64,000 nucleotides of DNA from NCBI GenBank assembly GCA_977016875.1, contig CDRNST010000010.1, forward strand, positions 372,001 through 436,000, read 5' to 3'. The DNA is from Pavona decussata. Taxonomy: Eukaryota. Below are positions 48,147 through 59,427 of the stretch, piece after piece. The translations under genes were made by a program, and so were the position numbers. The stretch's first letter is position 1, and the number at the start of each line of letters is the position of its first letter. The notes under the pieces are model-generated. The model was given only the letters and a program-made list of their open reading frames with translations, did no database searches and was not told the origin of the DNA.

Positions 48147-48488
48147 AATACTTTAGTGTTTATGTAGCAAACACTAGCAGTACTGTAAAGTAATGAACCA
48201 GGCCCATTGGATTCGCATTGCAACTGCTTTATTTCACACACACCCAAAACAATATACCCATCAATCCTGTACTTTCAATCATGTCGCTTACGTCATTGTC
48301 AATATCATGTTACTGTTCGCACAAACACTAAATCCCTCCCTTGATTAGATTTGAAAATCAGCTGTGAATCATAAGGCTATTTTCTGGCTAATAGCGAAAC
48401 CAACAAAACTTTCAGTTCTATGTCTCTAGGACTCGTACACGTAAACTCCAAGCTATATATATGTCACTAGGACTTGTAAATGGTCAGT

Positions 48489-51400
48489 TCACAATTGGAA
48501 ATCATAGAGACGCGCAGGTGCATGTCTCACACGACTTGATCTCCGGACAACTGGATCTACTGCCTCTGGAGCATGTTGGTCCACAGCTGCCTGTTGGTCA
48601 TGTGTACTAGTGTCCATGTCGTAATCCTCGTCTTCTGCCGGAACAGCAGTGTTCTGGTGCAGTTTACGCGCATGTGATATGTTGCGCATGAATACAGTTC
48701 CTTCGCGCTGCAGAATCAAACTCGGACCCTTACGCTCTAGCACAGTGTAGGGTTTAGGGTCGTACGTCGTCGACAGCTTGTGCTGCCTCGCCTGTCGGAG
48801 CAGCACTTTGTCACCCGACTTGATGTCTGAAGAACGTGTTCGGTTTTTCTTGTCTGCATAAGCCTTTGTGCGCTGCTTGGCTTGACGGTCCTTGACCTTT
48901 GCAGACTGTAACGCGGCTGACAGAACACTAGACATTTTTGTCTCCACTTGTGGTACTTTGGTTCTGAGCTCTCGTCCCAGATGTAGAAGTGCTGGCGACG
49001 CTCCGGTAGTCGCATGAGGTGTCGCACGATAGGAAGGTATACATGTCTGTGCGCCAATCCTTGCCTTCCGCGTGTGCAGTTCGGATTGCTTTTTCAATGG
49101 TCCTGTTGAATCGTTCAACTTCTGCATTGGCCTGTGGCCAGTAGGGTGTCACTTTCTGATGCTGGACACCATGCATCTTTAGGAAATTCTTAAATTCCTC
49201 CGACACCAGATTGGCACCATTGTCAGTCACCACTTTCTCCGGCAAACCATGTGCAGCGAATATCTTACGAAGATGTCCAATTATGGTTGCAGAAGTAGTC
49301 GAACGTATGATGACTACCTCTGGCCAGCGCGTACATGCATCTTCACAGACTAATAAACTTTCCCCAGACGGAAAGGGTCCACAGAGGTCTATATGTACCT
49401 CCTGCCATGGTTTGTCAGGTATTTCTGTGGGTCGAAGTGGTTCCATCGGTGACTTGCCAGCAACAGACTGACAAGATAGACACGCCTTAACCATTGTCTC
49501 CACCTGCTGCACAATGCCTGGCCACCACACTTTCTCCCTGACCATCTGCTTTGTTCGCACGATCCCTTGGTGTCCCTCGTGTGCAGTCAGTAAGGTAGAA
49601 TGCCATAGGGTACTCGGCATGACAATTTGTGTCCCTCGGAGGATGACCCCATTGCTGACGCAAAGTTCAGCCTTGACCTTCTTGTACGGTCGGAGGGCTG
49701 GCAGATCTGGCCACTCAGAGCCATGTAAACAACTTTGAACTTGTTGGAGGACTGGATCCTCTGCAGTGGCCTTCGCAATCTGCTCAAGGGTTAATGCTTT
49801 TGGCACAGCATTCAATGTTACATAGTTAATGTATTCTTCAGCAATGTTCCTTTCCCGGAACGGTTGGTCGTTCAGCGGCAACCTGGAAAACACATCAGCC
49901 GGATTTGTCTTTCCAGGCATGTGAACAACATTAAATGTGTAGGGCTGTAGGCGAAGAGCCCAACGTTCAATTCGAGGTGGTGGCTTGGACTTGGGACTGT
50001 AGATGATCTCGAGCGGCTTGTGGTCTGTATACAAAGTGAACGGTTTGCCGTACAGGTAAATGTGGAACCGCTCGCAAGCCCACACAACAGCCAAGGCCTC
50101 TTTCTCGGTCTGCGAGTATCGCCTCTCCACATCAGTTAACGTACGACTAGCGTAAGCGACAGGACGAGCAGTGTCCCCGCTTCGCTGCAGTAAAATCGCA
50201 CCTAGTCCGACTGGACTAGCATCCACTTTCAGTTCAGTGTCCGCTGACTGATCATAATGTGCAACAACACAGTCACTAGTGAGAATCACTCGAAGGCGAT
50301 CAAATGCATCCTGTTGGGTTTTACCCCAAGTCCACTCAGTGTCGCTCCTAGTAAGCTGTCGTAGCGGCTCTGCAAGTGTCGCGAAATTCGGGATAAAACG
50401 CGCACAGTAATTCACCAACCCAAGAAAACTGCGCACTTCAGCTGGGTTCTGTGGTGTTCTCGCATTCCTCACCGCATCGACCTTCTTGTCATCCGGCGCC
50501 AGGCCATCAGCAGAAATTTTGAACCCGAAAAACACTAATTCCGAGACACTGAACACACACTTCTCTCGATTCAGTGTAAGTCCCTTGCTCTCAAGGCGTT
50601 CTAGTGTCTGTTCCAGGCTCTTGTCGTGACTTGCTTGGACAGCGCCAAACACAATAATGTCATCAGAAATGTTCCTTGCTCCGGGGATTCCCTGTAAAGT
50701 TTGCTGAATCACGTATTGGTACATTTCAGGTGCAGATGACAAGCCAAATATTAAGCGTTTGTAGCGCTTAAGTCCCTGGTGTGTAGAAAATGTAGTAAGA
50801 ACCCTGGAATCTGGATGCAGTTCGACCTGGTGATAACCCCATCGCAGGTCGAGTTTTGAGAAAACCGCGGCGCCATTAAGTGCGTGCAATGTTTCCTCAA
50901 GTGTTGGTATCGGATGTCGCTCTCTGATAACAGCTTCATTTGCTTGCCGCATATCAACACATACGCGTACATCCCCATTGGACTTTGGAACAGCAACTAA
51001 AGGCGAGACCCAAGGCGTTGGGCCTTCCACATCTTCAATAATATCGAGCATTTGTAACTCCTCTAGCTTTTTCTCCACATCTGTGCGAACGTGAAATGGC
51101 ACGCGACGCTGTGGTTGGGCAACTGGAGTGACCTCTGGGTCAACGTGTATTTTCAGCTGATAATCTTTCAGTTTGCCGATTCCATTAAAAACGGCATCAT
51201 GTTTGTCCACAATTGCTTGGACAGATTGCACTGTAATCTGGTTCACCTCACACGGGTATTCCGGTCCAACTCTTAGCAAACCAAGCTCTGTTGCTGTTTT
51301 CTTGCCCAGAAGAGAACCCGCGTTGGAATTTTCAACAACCACAAAGTCGGCACGCGTGTGGAGTTGAGGTGTTGACACATTTGCACTGAATGATCCTTTG

Positions 51401-53648
51401 ACAGGAAGCGGCGTTTCCGAGCCGTATGGATAAATCTTAACAGTGGAATTTCGAAGTACAATGTTCTCGTCCGTTAGTAGATTGAACGTAGCACTATCCA
51501 GTACATTGACACTCGCACCAGAGTCAATAATCACAGGAATCAAGGTACCGGCAACAGTTATTGGAACAGTGTTGTTCTCCTTATCACCGCCAATCGAAAA
51601 CAAATACTCGTCATCGAAGGTTTCAGGTTCGGTTGTCACATACCGAAGTCCATTGCGTTGTTGCGTAACATTTCTGGTATCCTTAGTAGCTGGTTTCGGA
51701 GTTTCCTTGCAAACTCCAGCAAAGTGTCCTTGCTTTCCACAATGACTGCACGTTTTTCCATTAGCAGGACACGAAGGATCTTTGGCTTTGTGACCAGGGC
51801 GGCCACAACAGAAACACACAAACAGCTTCGTGTCCTGAGTCTTAAATTTCGCATTCCTCGCATTCCGTGGTCGACAAGCAGTATTTTCCTTCGTTTGTAA
51901 TTGGGTTATTCCAGAAAAAATCCACACCTCCCCGACGGATGGGATTCTGGAAATTCTCACCGGAGGGGGGGTCAAAGACTCTGGAAATCCAGGCGGGAGG
52001 GGGGGTTGAACTTAAGAAAGTCTTCCGCAGGAGTCATTTCGACCGATAGTTCACGCGATTCGAACGTTTGGTTCGGTGACACTTCAGCGCTCTCAGACCC
52101 TGAAAATAATAGAAATATTTTGTTCACATATTTCTCACCTAAAATAAACGATAATCTAAGTTCCTTCGCAGGTCCTTTTATAGCAGAAAACGCGAACAAC
52201 AAGATAGTAAAGAACGAGCCATCGCAACATTGTTGCAACGAAGAGTTTGAATCGCCTGACACATTTCTACTCGTACCAGACCCAGCGCGCCACCGTTGTG
52301 TAATTTCACGTCCACCATTGCATTCTTAGCGTGGATTCCACTGCGTCAGGCGGAAGAATTTTTTACTTGTGCAAGCAAGGATGCAGAGCTATTAGCTGAA
52401 GAAGATAATTCCAAAGAATTTTGGTCAAAACATTCCCTCTTCGTCGAAAATACTCGAGAGGAGCTTGTAGCCATCTGTACCTCGAAAAAACGTTTGGAAA
52501 CGTAAGTTATTGCGAAAGCAACAGAAGGAGAAAGTTCTTGGACGGGTTCCTGCAACATATACAGTGGTAACCTCTCTGAAGTCCCATCGACCGTAGCACA
52601 GTTGAACAAGCAGCCAGTGCGTTTTCTGCGTGCCGTTTTAAGATTCCATGGGTGTTGTCCATTGGGCACAAAGGATGAACTCGTTCGCTTTTCCGCATTG
52701 TTGCTCCTTTCTTTTTTTAGTTCCACGCGATAGAGTTTTTAATATTAGCAGAAGCTTTAGAAATTAAAAAAGAACATCTTCTAGACGTGGTTGTGCGTAT
52801 TTTATATTAAAAATAAATTAAATTTAAGCCTAATATTTTTTTTCCGGAAATCCAGGCGGGAGGGGGGGTCTTTTGTTTTGGAAATCCAGACAGGAGGGGG
52901 GGTCTTGTGCTTCAGGAAATCCAGGTGAGAGGGGGGGTTAAAAAACGACCCCATCCGTCGGGGGGGTGTGGATTTTTTCTGGAATAACCCATTGTTGCTT
53001 TTGAGACCCGTTAGAAATCCTATTGAGGTGCTGCCTCAAAGTCCCCGGCGTAGCTGCCTCGATAGTAGCCGCGTGTAGATCGGACGCTTCAATCGAACGC
53101 GCGATCCGTAGAATTACTTCGAGTGTCAAGTCGGTTTCTCGCAACAACCGACGGCGAAGGGCATTGGACGCGCATTTATCAACCACTTGGTCCCGAATCA
53201 TCTCGTCGATGTTGGCATACTCGCATGTCCTTGCAAGACTTCGTAAGCGAGTCACATAGGCATCAATGGTTTCGGCCGGCCCTTGCACGGCTTGACGGAA
53301 AGCATGTCGTTCGAACGGAATGTTCTTTTTTGGTTCAAAGTAGGCGGTCAGCTTGGCCAGCGCCGAATCATAGTCCTCCCCCGTGTCGCTGAGAGTTTCG
53401 AAGATCGTTTGTACTTCAGCACCCGCCAAATGTAGTAGAACGGCCCGCTTCTGCTTCTTATCGGTAACATTCGAAGCTACGAGAAAGTACTCCAACCCTT
53501 TTACCCATTTAGACCAGCGCTGCCCGAGCGTCGTTTGATCTGTAGTGACCGAAAAGGGTTGAATGGCTGGGAGTTGTAAAGGAATTGCCATCACCGCGAC
53601 TGGTTCCTCGTCCTCAGAAACCACGACAGAATCCTCGGCACCAGGCAT
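48489..53648 (-). pseudogene. Gypsy gag-pol (2x CCHC, protease, RT, RNase H, integrase), interrupted by a MITE and one frameshift near 49030
   Basis: CFCCGRPGHKAKDPSC, IIDSGAS, NISDDII, VDASPVGLG, HEGHQG..CLSC and IDLCGP/TDNG/VERFN in ORFs 52938..53774, 48928..51975 and 48489..49127. Confidence 0.92.
51903..52990. mobile_element. Non-autonomous DNA transposon (PHIS/Pangu-like, ANT TSD) nested in Gypsy gag
   Basis: TIR GGGTTATTCCAGAAAAAATCCACACC / GGTGTGGATTTTTTCTGGAATAACCC, ATT on both sides, and subterminal GGAAATCCAG..GAGGGGGG repeats. Confidence 0.85.
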
Positions 53649-53663
53649 AAAGTTCGAGAGAGT

Positions 53664-53676
53664 ATCCTCGTCGCCA
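53664..53676 (-). promoter_or_regulatory. Primer binding site, probably tRNA-Ser(GCU)
   Basis: TGGCGACGAGGAT, 2 nt from the 5' LTR, complementary to the ATCCTCGTCG-CCA 3' end of metazoan tRNA-Ser(GCU) as recalled. Confidence 0.7.
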
Positions 53677-53864
53677 AATTTAGTGTTTATGTAGCAAACA
53701 CTAGCAGTACTGTAAAGTAATGAACCAGGCCCATTGGATTCGCATTGCAACTGCTTTATTTCACACACACCCAAAACTATATACCCATCAATCCTGTACT
53801 TTCAATCATGTCGCTTACGTCATTGTCAATATCATGTTACTGTTCGCACAAACACTAAAAATAC

Positions 53865-54730
53865 TCACGTATGTGGTGAAGGCAGTCGTCCACTGCTCAA
53901 TTTCTGTAATGGAATTGACTGTTTTAGACTTCTATGAAACCTGGATCACAGAATTATCAAGGGTGAGCACTAAATTATCCTCATCCTCCACAGTTCAAGG
54001 TTTTTTGGTAGCAGTTTAGACAATTCAAAAAACTCACCAGACTGAATCACCTAGATGTAAGAAGCAGGAATGTCCTGGAATGGACTAGCAGGGAGACAGG
54101 TCTCCAGTTGCTCTTGATCTGTTGGCGTAATGTCTCTTTTGACGACCAGTGTGCGAGTTGTGGTGGGACTTGCAGATTGAAGTGCTTAAACCGCGGCCAT
54201 GGCTGCTTCATGAGCAATCTCCCTGTCGGGGGGCAGCGACGGATTCTTGTACCAGGCGACGAAGACTATTTAACTGACCCTCTGTAAAGTTATTGTCATT
54301 TGCTGCATGGTCCAGGCGCGCTGTCATAGCGTTGGAATTTTGACTTCATTGTGCCGGCTGATTCAGTGCTCTGTGGTCGGCTTGTACAGGGATAACAAAG
54401 GCAGAACCACGTAAGTGAGTCCAAAGAGTGTTCCTGTTTCCCATGGAAAAAAGCTTTTCCTCTCGGCAAAGGTTATGAAGTTCTGGAACCGTCAAAGCAT
54501 CCAGTACTGCTGGATCGATCCTAGCAGGATTGTTTGTGTGAGACCCTCGAGTGCAGCATAACTGTCACAATAAGAAAGTTGTTTGGGTCGTAGATCCCCA
54601 AATGGCAAATAAGGCTGAGATTTGGAATAAAATCGACGAAAAACGAGAGGATAATTTGTGAATGTAACAGTTGAAATGGAGGAGAATTGTGAACTCTACA
54701 CGTGGGAAGGTGAGCGAAGTCCCAGCAAAG
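53865..54730 (-). mobile_element. DIRS-type remnant 3, 5' gag-like part
   Basis: FELSKLLPKNL and WTTAFTTYVSI, which continues as FTQTFPRCF across the Gypsy insertion. Confidence 0.65.
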
Positions 54731-54932
54731 ACTTTCTGCTTACTTATGACACAGCATCTCAAATGCACAATTTCGAATTGACCTTTAGAGTTAAGCACAG
54801 TGGTCATTGTCTTGTTAGCACTTTGCGTGACTGATACAGATGGTTTCATGGTTGTTACTTTAACTTCAATTTATATTACATATAAATTGGCTCAAATAAC
54901 TTCTCTGTCAAAAAGTATCTTGTATTCTACTT

Positions 54933-55110
54933 AAATAGATTCCATTTTGCCGTGCGTCTGTACTCTGATAATGCACAGATGACGTCAAATCGTGGTGAGA
55001 ACAAAGAAGTACGCTGCGAGCCGCAGGCGAGTAGCGTGACTGATGTTCTTACCATGTTTTGACATCCTCTGTGCGTTATCATAGTAAAGACCCACGGCAA
55101 AATGGAAACT
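54933..55110. repeat. Second copy of the dispersed repeat at 17545
   Basis: AAATAGATTCCA..TTGCCGTGCGTCTG..CACAGATGACGTCAAA..AACAAAGAAGT. Confidence 0.7.
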
Positions 55111-55114
55111 CCTT

Positions 55115-55330
55115 TTAAGTAAGGGGGTTAGTTTCTAAAGAAACTGTGGTGCTGCACTGGTGGGGGAGTGAAACGAATATTTGGTTTCATCAACTGAGTT
55201 GATAAAGAGATTGAGAACTGATATTTTGAGCGTTAGCCCTTCGTCAGAGTAAATCAAGGAATTGTGTTCTGTGTGGTTTATATAGTGAGCAGTGGAACTA
55301 TGCTATTGGTAGAATGATGAAAACATTGAT
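55115..55330 (-). ncRNA. Decayed retrozyme-like repeat containing a minimal hammerhead ribozyme motif (55218-55249)
   Basis: Minus strand reads CTGACGA-AGGGC-TAAC-GCTC-AAAATATCAG: CUGANGA box and stem II intact, GAAA box mutated. Confidence 0.6.
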
Positions 55331-56442
55331 ACAAAAATCAATGTAGTTGAATAATATTGTTTGTTGATTCCATGTGGACCAAGAGTGCTGATTTGGAAGA
55401 TGAATTTTTGCAGTACAATTTTGCAGCTCTATGTGTTATTATGATGCCGAGAATTGCTACAGACTGCCTGTGTTTTGAAAATGGTTTGAAAGGTTTAAGT
55501 GTCGAGTGACTGGTTTGGACTGGAGTGGACTTTTCCACAAAAGATGGTCGTTTAAAAGTGCAAAATTTGATATAAAAATGGCATGGCCTCTTTGCCTTTC
55601 TTCCCTCTCTTTACTTCTCATCTAACTATGTACCTACTTATGAAAGACGTTATCTGTCACTGTCCATTTCTATCCAGGTTTTGTTTCTGGGTTTGCACGG
55701 TTTCTGGAAATCCATGAAAGTCTTGGGAATCCAGTATAAGTAACTTATTAACTCTTACTAGTTTGAGCTATGTGCTATAAGTTATGGACCTAGTTTTTTC
55801 GTCTTAAATTTACGTGCCAAGTGCAAGCCCATAAAAACGACATTCTGTAACTTAGGATGTGGACTGAGAAAACAAGGTTGGGTTGGAGAGGACACAATTG
55901 GAAGTCAAGCAAATGGCCACAGATGTTTGAGACTTGTCAAATGGTAAACAAGGATATTCTGTTGGCTTACAAAATCGGTGCTTTAATTGAGTCGTTATCA
56001 CATTTAAAGAATAGCAAACACATAGCATGATCCAAAAATGCCAAATGCAAATACACTTTGGTGACTGGTGCTATCACATAACATTGAAGGAGGTGCACAA
56101 TTATTAAAGAGGAGGCATCCGAGCCCATGGAGAGATAAAATTGTGCCCTATTAATATCATTAAGAACCTATTATACAGGTAGAATGATCTGTACCGAAAA
56201 AGACAAAAATAAAGTCTGTAGGTACATATGCTACACATGGATATACTACACATGATATACAATGCTTTAAAATTAACTTATGAGTTTGAGCAATTTTTTC
56301 TATTTTTATCCCAAAACAAAGCACATGTGTTCCCTGTGAGAATTTAAGGTTACATGCAAACAATTTGGCCAAAACGAGAAAAAACAAAACAAACAAACTT
56401 GAAGGCACCATAGCTTGCTTATGCCCCCGAGCCTTTCAATTA

Positions 56443-56653
56443 TTAGTACCCTGATGCTGCTCCTTGTCTGGCAACAACAACTGGTGCAACTTTGTTGTTG
56501 ATGTGTCTGACATAAAGTGTGCACATCTGAGCTGGCGACCAAGGTCTAGAACTGCTTAATTCCTTGATTAAGGTCTTCTTTAGTCTTTGGTTTCACATGC
56601 TTTCTTAAGTACCAGTTTATTGTAGCCCAAAGGTTCTCAATTGGGTTGAGATC
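56443..56653 (-). pseudogene. Tc1/IS630-like (DDE_3) transposase last-exon fragment
   Basis: After acceptor TCTACAG it reads DLNPIENLWATINWYLRKHVKPKTKEDLNQGIKQF*; contains an internal stop. Confidence 0.7.
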
Positions 56654-56951
56654 CTGTAGAACACAAATGGAGAATTTCTTTAGTTAACTGTTTGAAATAG
56701 TATCATTGTTTTTACAATGATGAAGCTTGATAGAGTATTTGCTCTACGCAAGTATCGCAATTCCCTATAGGCCACCGGTAGGCCATGGCCTAGCTACCCC
56801 ATGGCCCACCCCACGCTTTCTCCCTACTCGAAAGAATTGACACTTGCCAAAGCGAGTGCTTTTAATTTTGATCCCTTCTTTCCTTTAATTTAACGTGATA
56901 AAACTGTGATCAACATCAATGTCTAAATTAAAGTCAGTTGCACTTATATTT

Positions 56952-57225
56952 ACCTTTGTTTCTTAAAAAAGTAATTCTCCTACACCAAGATGTTCTGGTC
57001 TGCCGCTGAGTACTCTGTTTGTCTTGAAAGTGGCAAATAAAGCCACTTGCTCAATCAGGTGGTCTTCATTGATCCCTTCTTCTACTGTTTTGGTCCCCAT
57101 CACTTTCTCCATAGACCTCCTACATGGGAGCTGTAGGATATCCAGCTTCTTTAAATCATCAAAAAGGAAAGGACATCTTGCATAAATTGCAAGGGCAAAA
57201 CGCTAAGACGCCCGAGTCCACCGGT
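56952..57225 (-). pseudogene. Possible P-element-like transposase exon fragment
   Basis: RFALAIYARCPFLFDDLKKLDILQLPCRRSMEKVMG resembles the N-terminal region of P-like transposases. GT donor near 56953. Confidence 0.35.
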
Positions 57226-57392
57226 TAGAACGAGAACCACTAGCTGTATGAAAATTAAATGACATTCTATATAAGCTGTAAAATAGTTGGATGTTAGGTA
57301 TCACCGCATTATTTTGTTATTGTGCATTATATTCACCGCATAGTGGTTTGTGGAGGCGAATTATTATCCCAAATTTAAAGACATTTTTAATT

Positions 57393-58221
57393 GCATGGAA
57401 TGCTCGCAGGGCAGGCCATGTCTAGGTTTGGGTCAAACATCTATTTTCTTCGTAGTAGTCACAAATCGAAAAATTAATTTATGCATTAAAATATGTCCTC
57501 CCCTATTAGGGATGTATTGTTCTGATTGTCTTTGACAGAAACGGCCCAATCAAAATCTATTGTTTAGGCACATATTACGAGAGAGGGGACCCTCTCATCC
57601 CTCTCTGTGTGACGTCAAATTATCATTTGATTTATTCATGAAACCTACCTTAAATTCTGCCCTCTCCCAGGGATTTATTGTTCTGATTGTCTTGAACAAA
57701 AATGGCCTAATCAAAATCCATTATCGGCGCATATATCACGAGGGAGGGGACCTACTCATCTTTACCTGTGTGACGTCAAACAAACATCATTTAGAAGGTT
57801 GTTTTCGTTCAATGGCGGCCACATGTATGAATTTAAGACTCTGATCTGCCGTTTTCAGAAAGAAAACAAACGTTTTTCAAGCGGTAAATCAAAACAAGTA
57901 GTACTTGACAGTTAAAACAGTGGAAATTGGGAGAGTTCATCACAAAGAAACTGCGCTTTTACAAACAGATCGAATAATTCAATGCGGAGGAAATCAGACC
58001 CGTTCAAGCGGGGGTTATAGCGTTATTGCAGAGTTATTTCCGGTATGATTCCCAGTAACACAACAATAAAATATCACCCAGTCTCTCTGAATAAAACCAT
58101 TCAATTATTTCAATTAATTGCAAAGGGAGGATAGTTTTTAAAAATCTGCGAAGCATACAATGAGGAATAAATAGGGCAACATTAAGCATTCCATTTATAT
58201 GCTGATTAAGGGCATCTTGTT
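57393..58221. mobile_element. HINE/Helentron-like non-autonomous element (copy 2)
   Basis: Colinear with 7565-8427, same orientation, same GGGCATCTTGTT end, internal ~161-bp duplication. Confidence 0.6.
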
Positions 58222-58247
58222 GCTCTCAGTTTCGGACGTATGGAAAA

Positions 58248-58335
58248 CATGGACCACCTCATGGACCCGGTCCATGGACCACCTCTGTGGACCTGGTCCA
58301 TTGGCCACCTCATGGACCCGGTCCGTGGACCACCC
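58248..58335. repeat. Short tandem repeat (CATGGACC core)
   Basis: Repeated CATGGACCACCT / CATGGACCCGGTC units. Confidence 0.8.
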
Positions 58336-58466
58336 CTTATTTTGATGTTAAATTCTACCTTAGAGGTTTATTAGCAACTAAGAGGGTAATGGAAGGTTAA
58401 AAGGCCTAAACAACTCCTGGCTTCATGCACAGTGTTTGTGACAACCTTTCTCGATAACACGGTCTA

Positions 58467-59078
58467 ATGCTAGGTTTTCTTTCACAATTTCATTACACCT
58501 CAATAAAGAAACATAATTTTCCTCAAGGTAATTTTCCAGTATGTGTGCACTACCCTGAGGAAATTATCGTGCAGATCTTCAAATTTTTTCCCCCCGGACA
58601 AAAGGAACAGTGCCAGACAGTGATAAATAACACAACATTTGTGCAGCTGCGTGAACTAAATGTCAGTGGGACTAACATTGACGATCGCTTTCTTCAACAG
58701 CTCAGTGCAAGATGTAGCCATCTTTATTGTGTTAACATTTCCAGGTGTTCACATATAACTCACACAGGTATTTCCAAAGCATCTTTTAACCTAGCAGTGA
58801 TGAACATGTTGTACTGTCAACTCAGTGCTGAATCAGCAATCCATGCCGTCCGCGAATATGGTTGCATAGTAACATGCATTAAGGGGATAAATGTATCACT
58901 TGCTTTTGCAGATGCCATCCACACTTTATTTCCTGATGTGATAGAAACTGGAATTCCTGTTATTTGCGGCTTTTCCTTTAAAGCACATACTTGTCCTAAT
59001 GTCCGCTACTGGTGTACAAGAAACGACGTTACGGAAAATTTATTATCTTTAGAGACTTTAAATCCCTATGTGATGTAA
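58467..59078 (+). CDS. F-box/leucine-rich repeat-like ORF (intronless, possibly truncated)
   Basis: YPEEIIVQIFKFF (F-box-like start), then LRELNVSGTNIDD and LYCVNISRCSHITHTGI (cysteine-containing LRRs). AATAAA at 59191. Confidence 0.5.
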   Translation: MLGFLSQFHYTSIKKHNFPQGNFPVCVHYPEEIIVQIFKFFPPGQKEQCQTVINNTTFVQLRELNVSGTNIDDRFLQQLSARCSHLYCVNISRCSHITHTGISKASFNLAVMNMLYCQLSAESAIHAVREYGCIVTCIKGINVSLAFADAIHTLFPDVIETGIPVICGFSFKAHTCPNVRYWCTRNDVTENLLSLETLNPYVM

Positions 59079-59349
59079 CTCTGTGGAACTGAATCATTGT
59101 AAAGCATGGAAATCAATAGTGCATTTCGTTTGTTAGCCATAGATGCTGCAAATGTCAACAGTTCTTATCGCAGTTTGAAACTGTGTGAAGAATAAAATCT
59201 TTTTTAGAAGGTTTGTGAACATGCCAGGGGAGTTTGAAGGACCCGCAGAGGATATGGCTTGGCTATTTAGCCCCCCTCCCCGCTCCCCCTAACGACAAAA
59301 AACTGAGAATTTTGTATTATTATGTAATAACACAGGCAAACTCGGAAAA

Positions 59350-59427
59350 AGGAAACGCGAGTGCCCCTATCAGGAGTCAAACCTAAGACCTTTTGATCAC
59401 TATTTCAGATGCTCTACCACTGAGTAC
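59350..59427 (-). repeat. Partial tRNA-derived repeat (family of 9983-10474)
   Basis: CCTATCAGGAGTCAAACCTAAGACCTT...GATGCTCTACCACTGAG. Confidence 0.7.

Larger units (their letters stand above)
48152..53859 (-). mobile_element. Gypsy (Mag-like) LTR retrotransposon with 181-bp LTRs and non-canonical TT...AA ends
   Basis: LTRs 48152-48332 and 53679-53859 (1 mismatch), TSD AATAC (48147-48151, 53860-53864), PPT AAGGGAGGGA, PBS TGGCGACGAGGAT. Confidence 0.95.

Noticed and set aside
48157-53854. Canonical TG...CA boundary for the Gypsy LTRs 5 nt inside (TGTTT...AAACA)
   Set aside because: The flanks would be TTTAG and CTAAA, giving no TSD. LTR identity extends over those 5 nt at both ends, and the PPT, PBS and AATAC TSD fit the outer TT...AA boundary.
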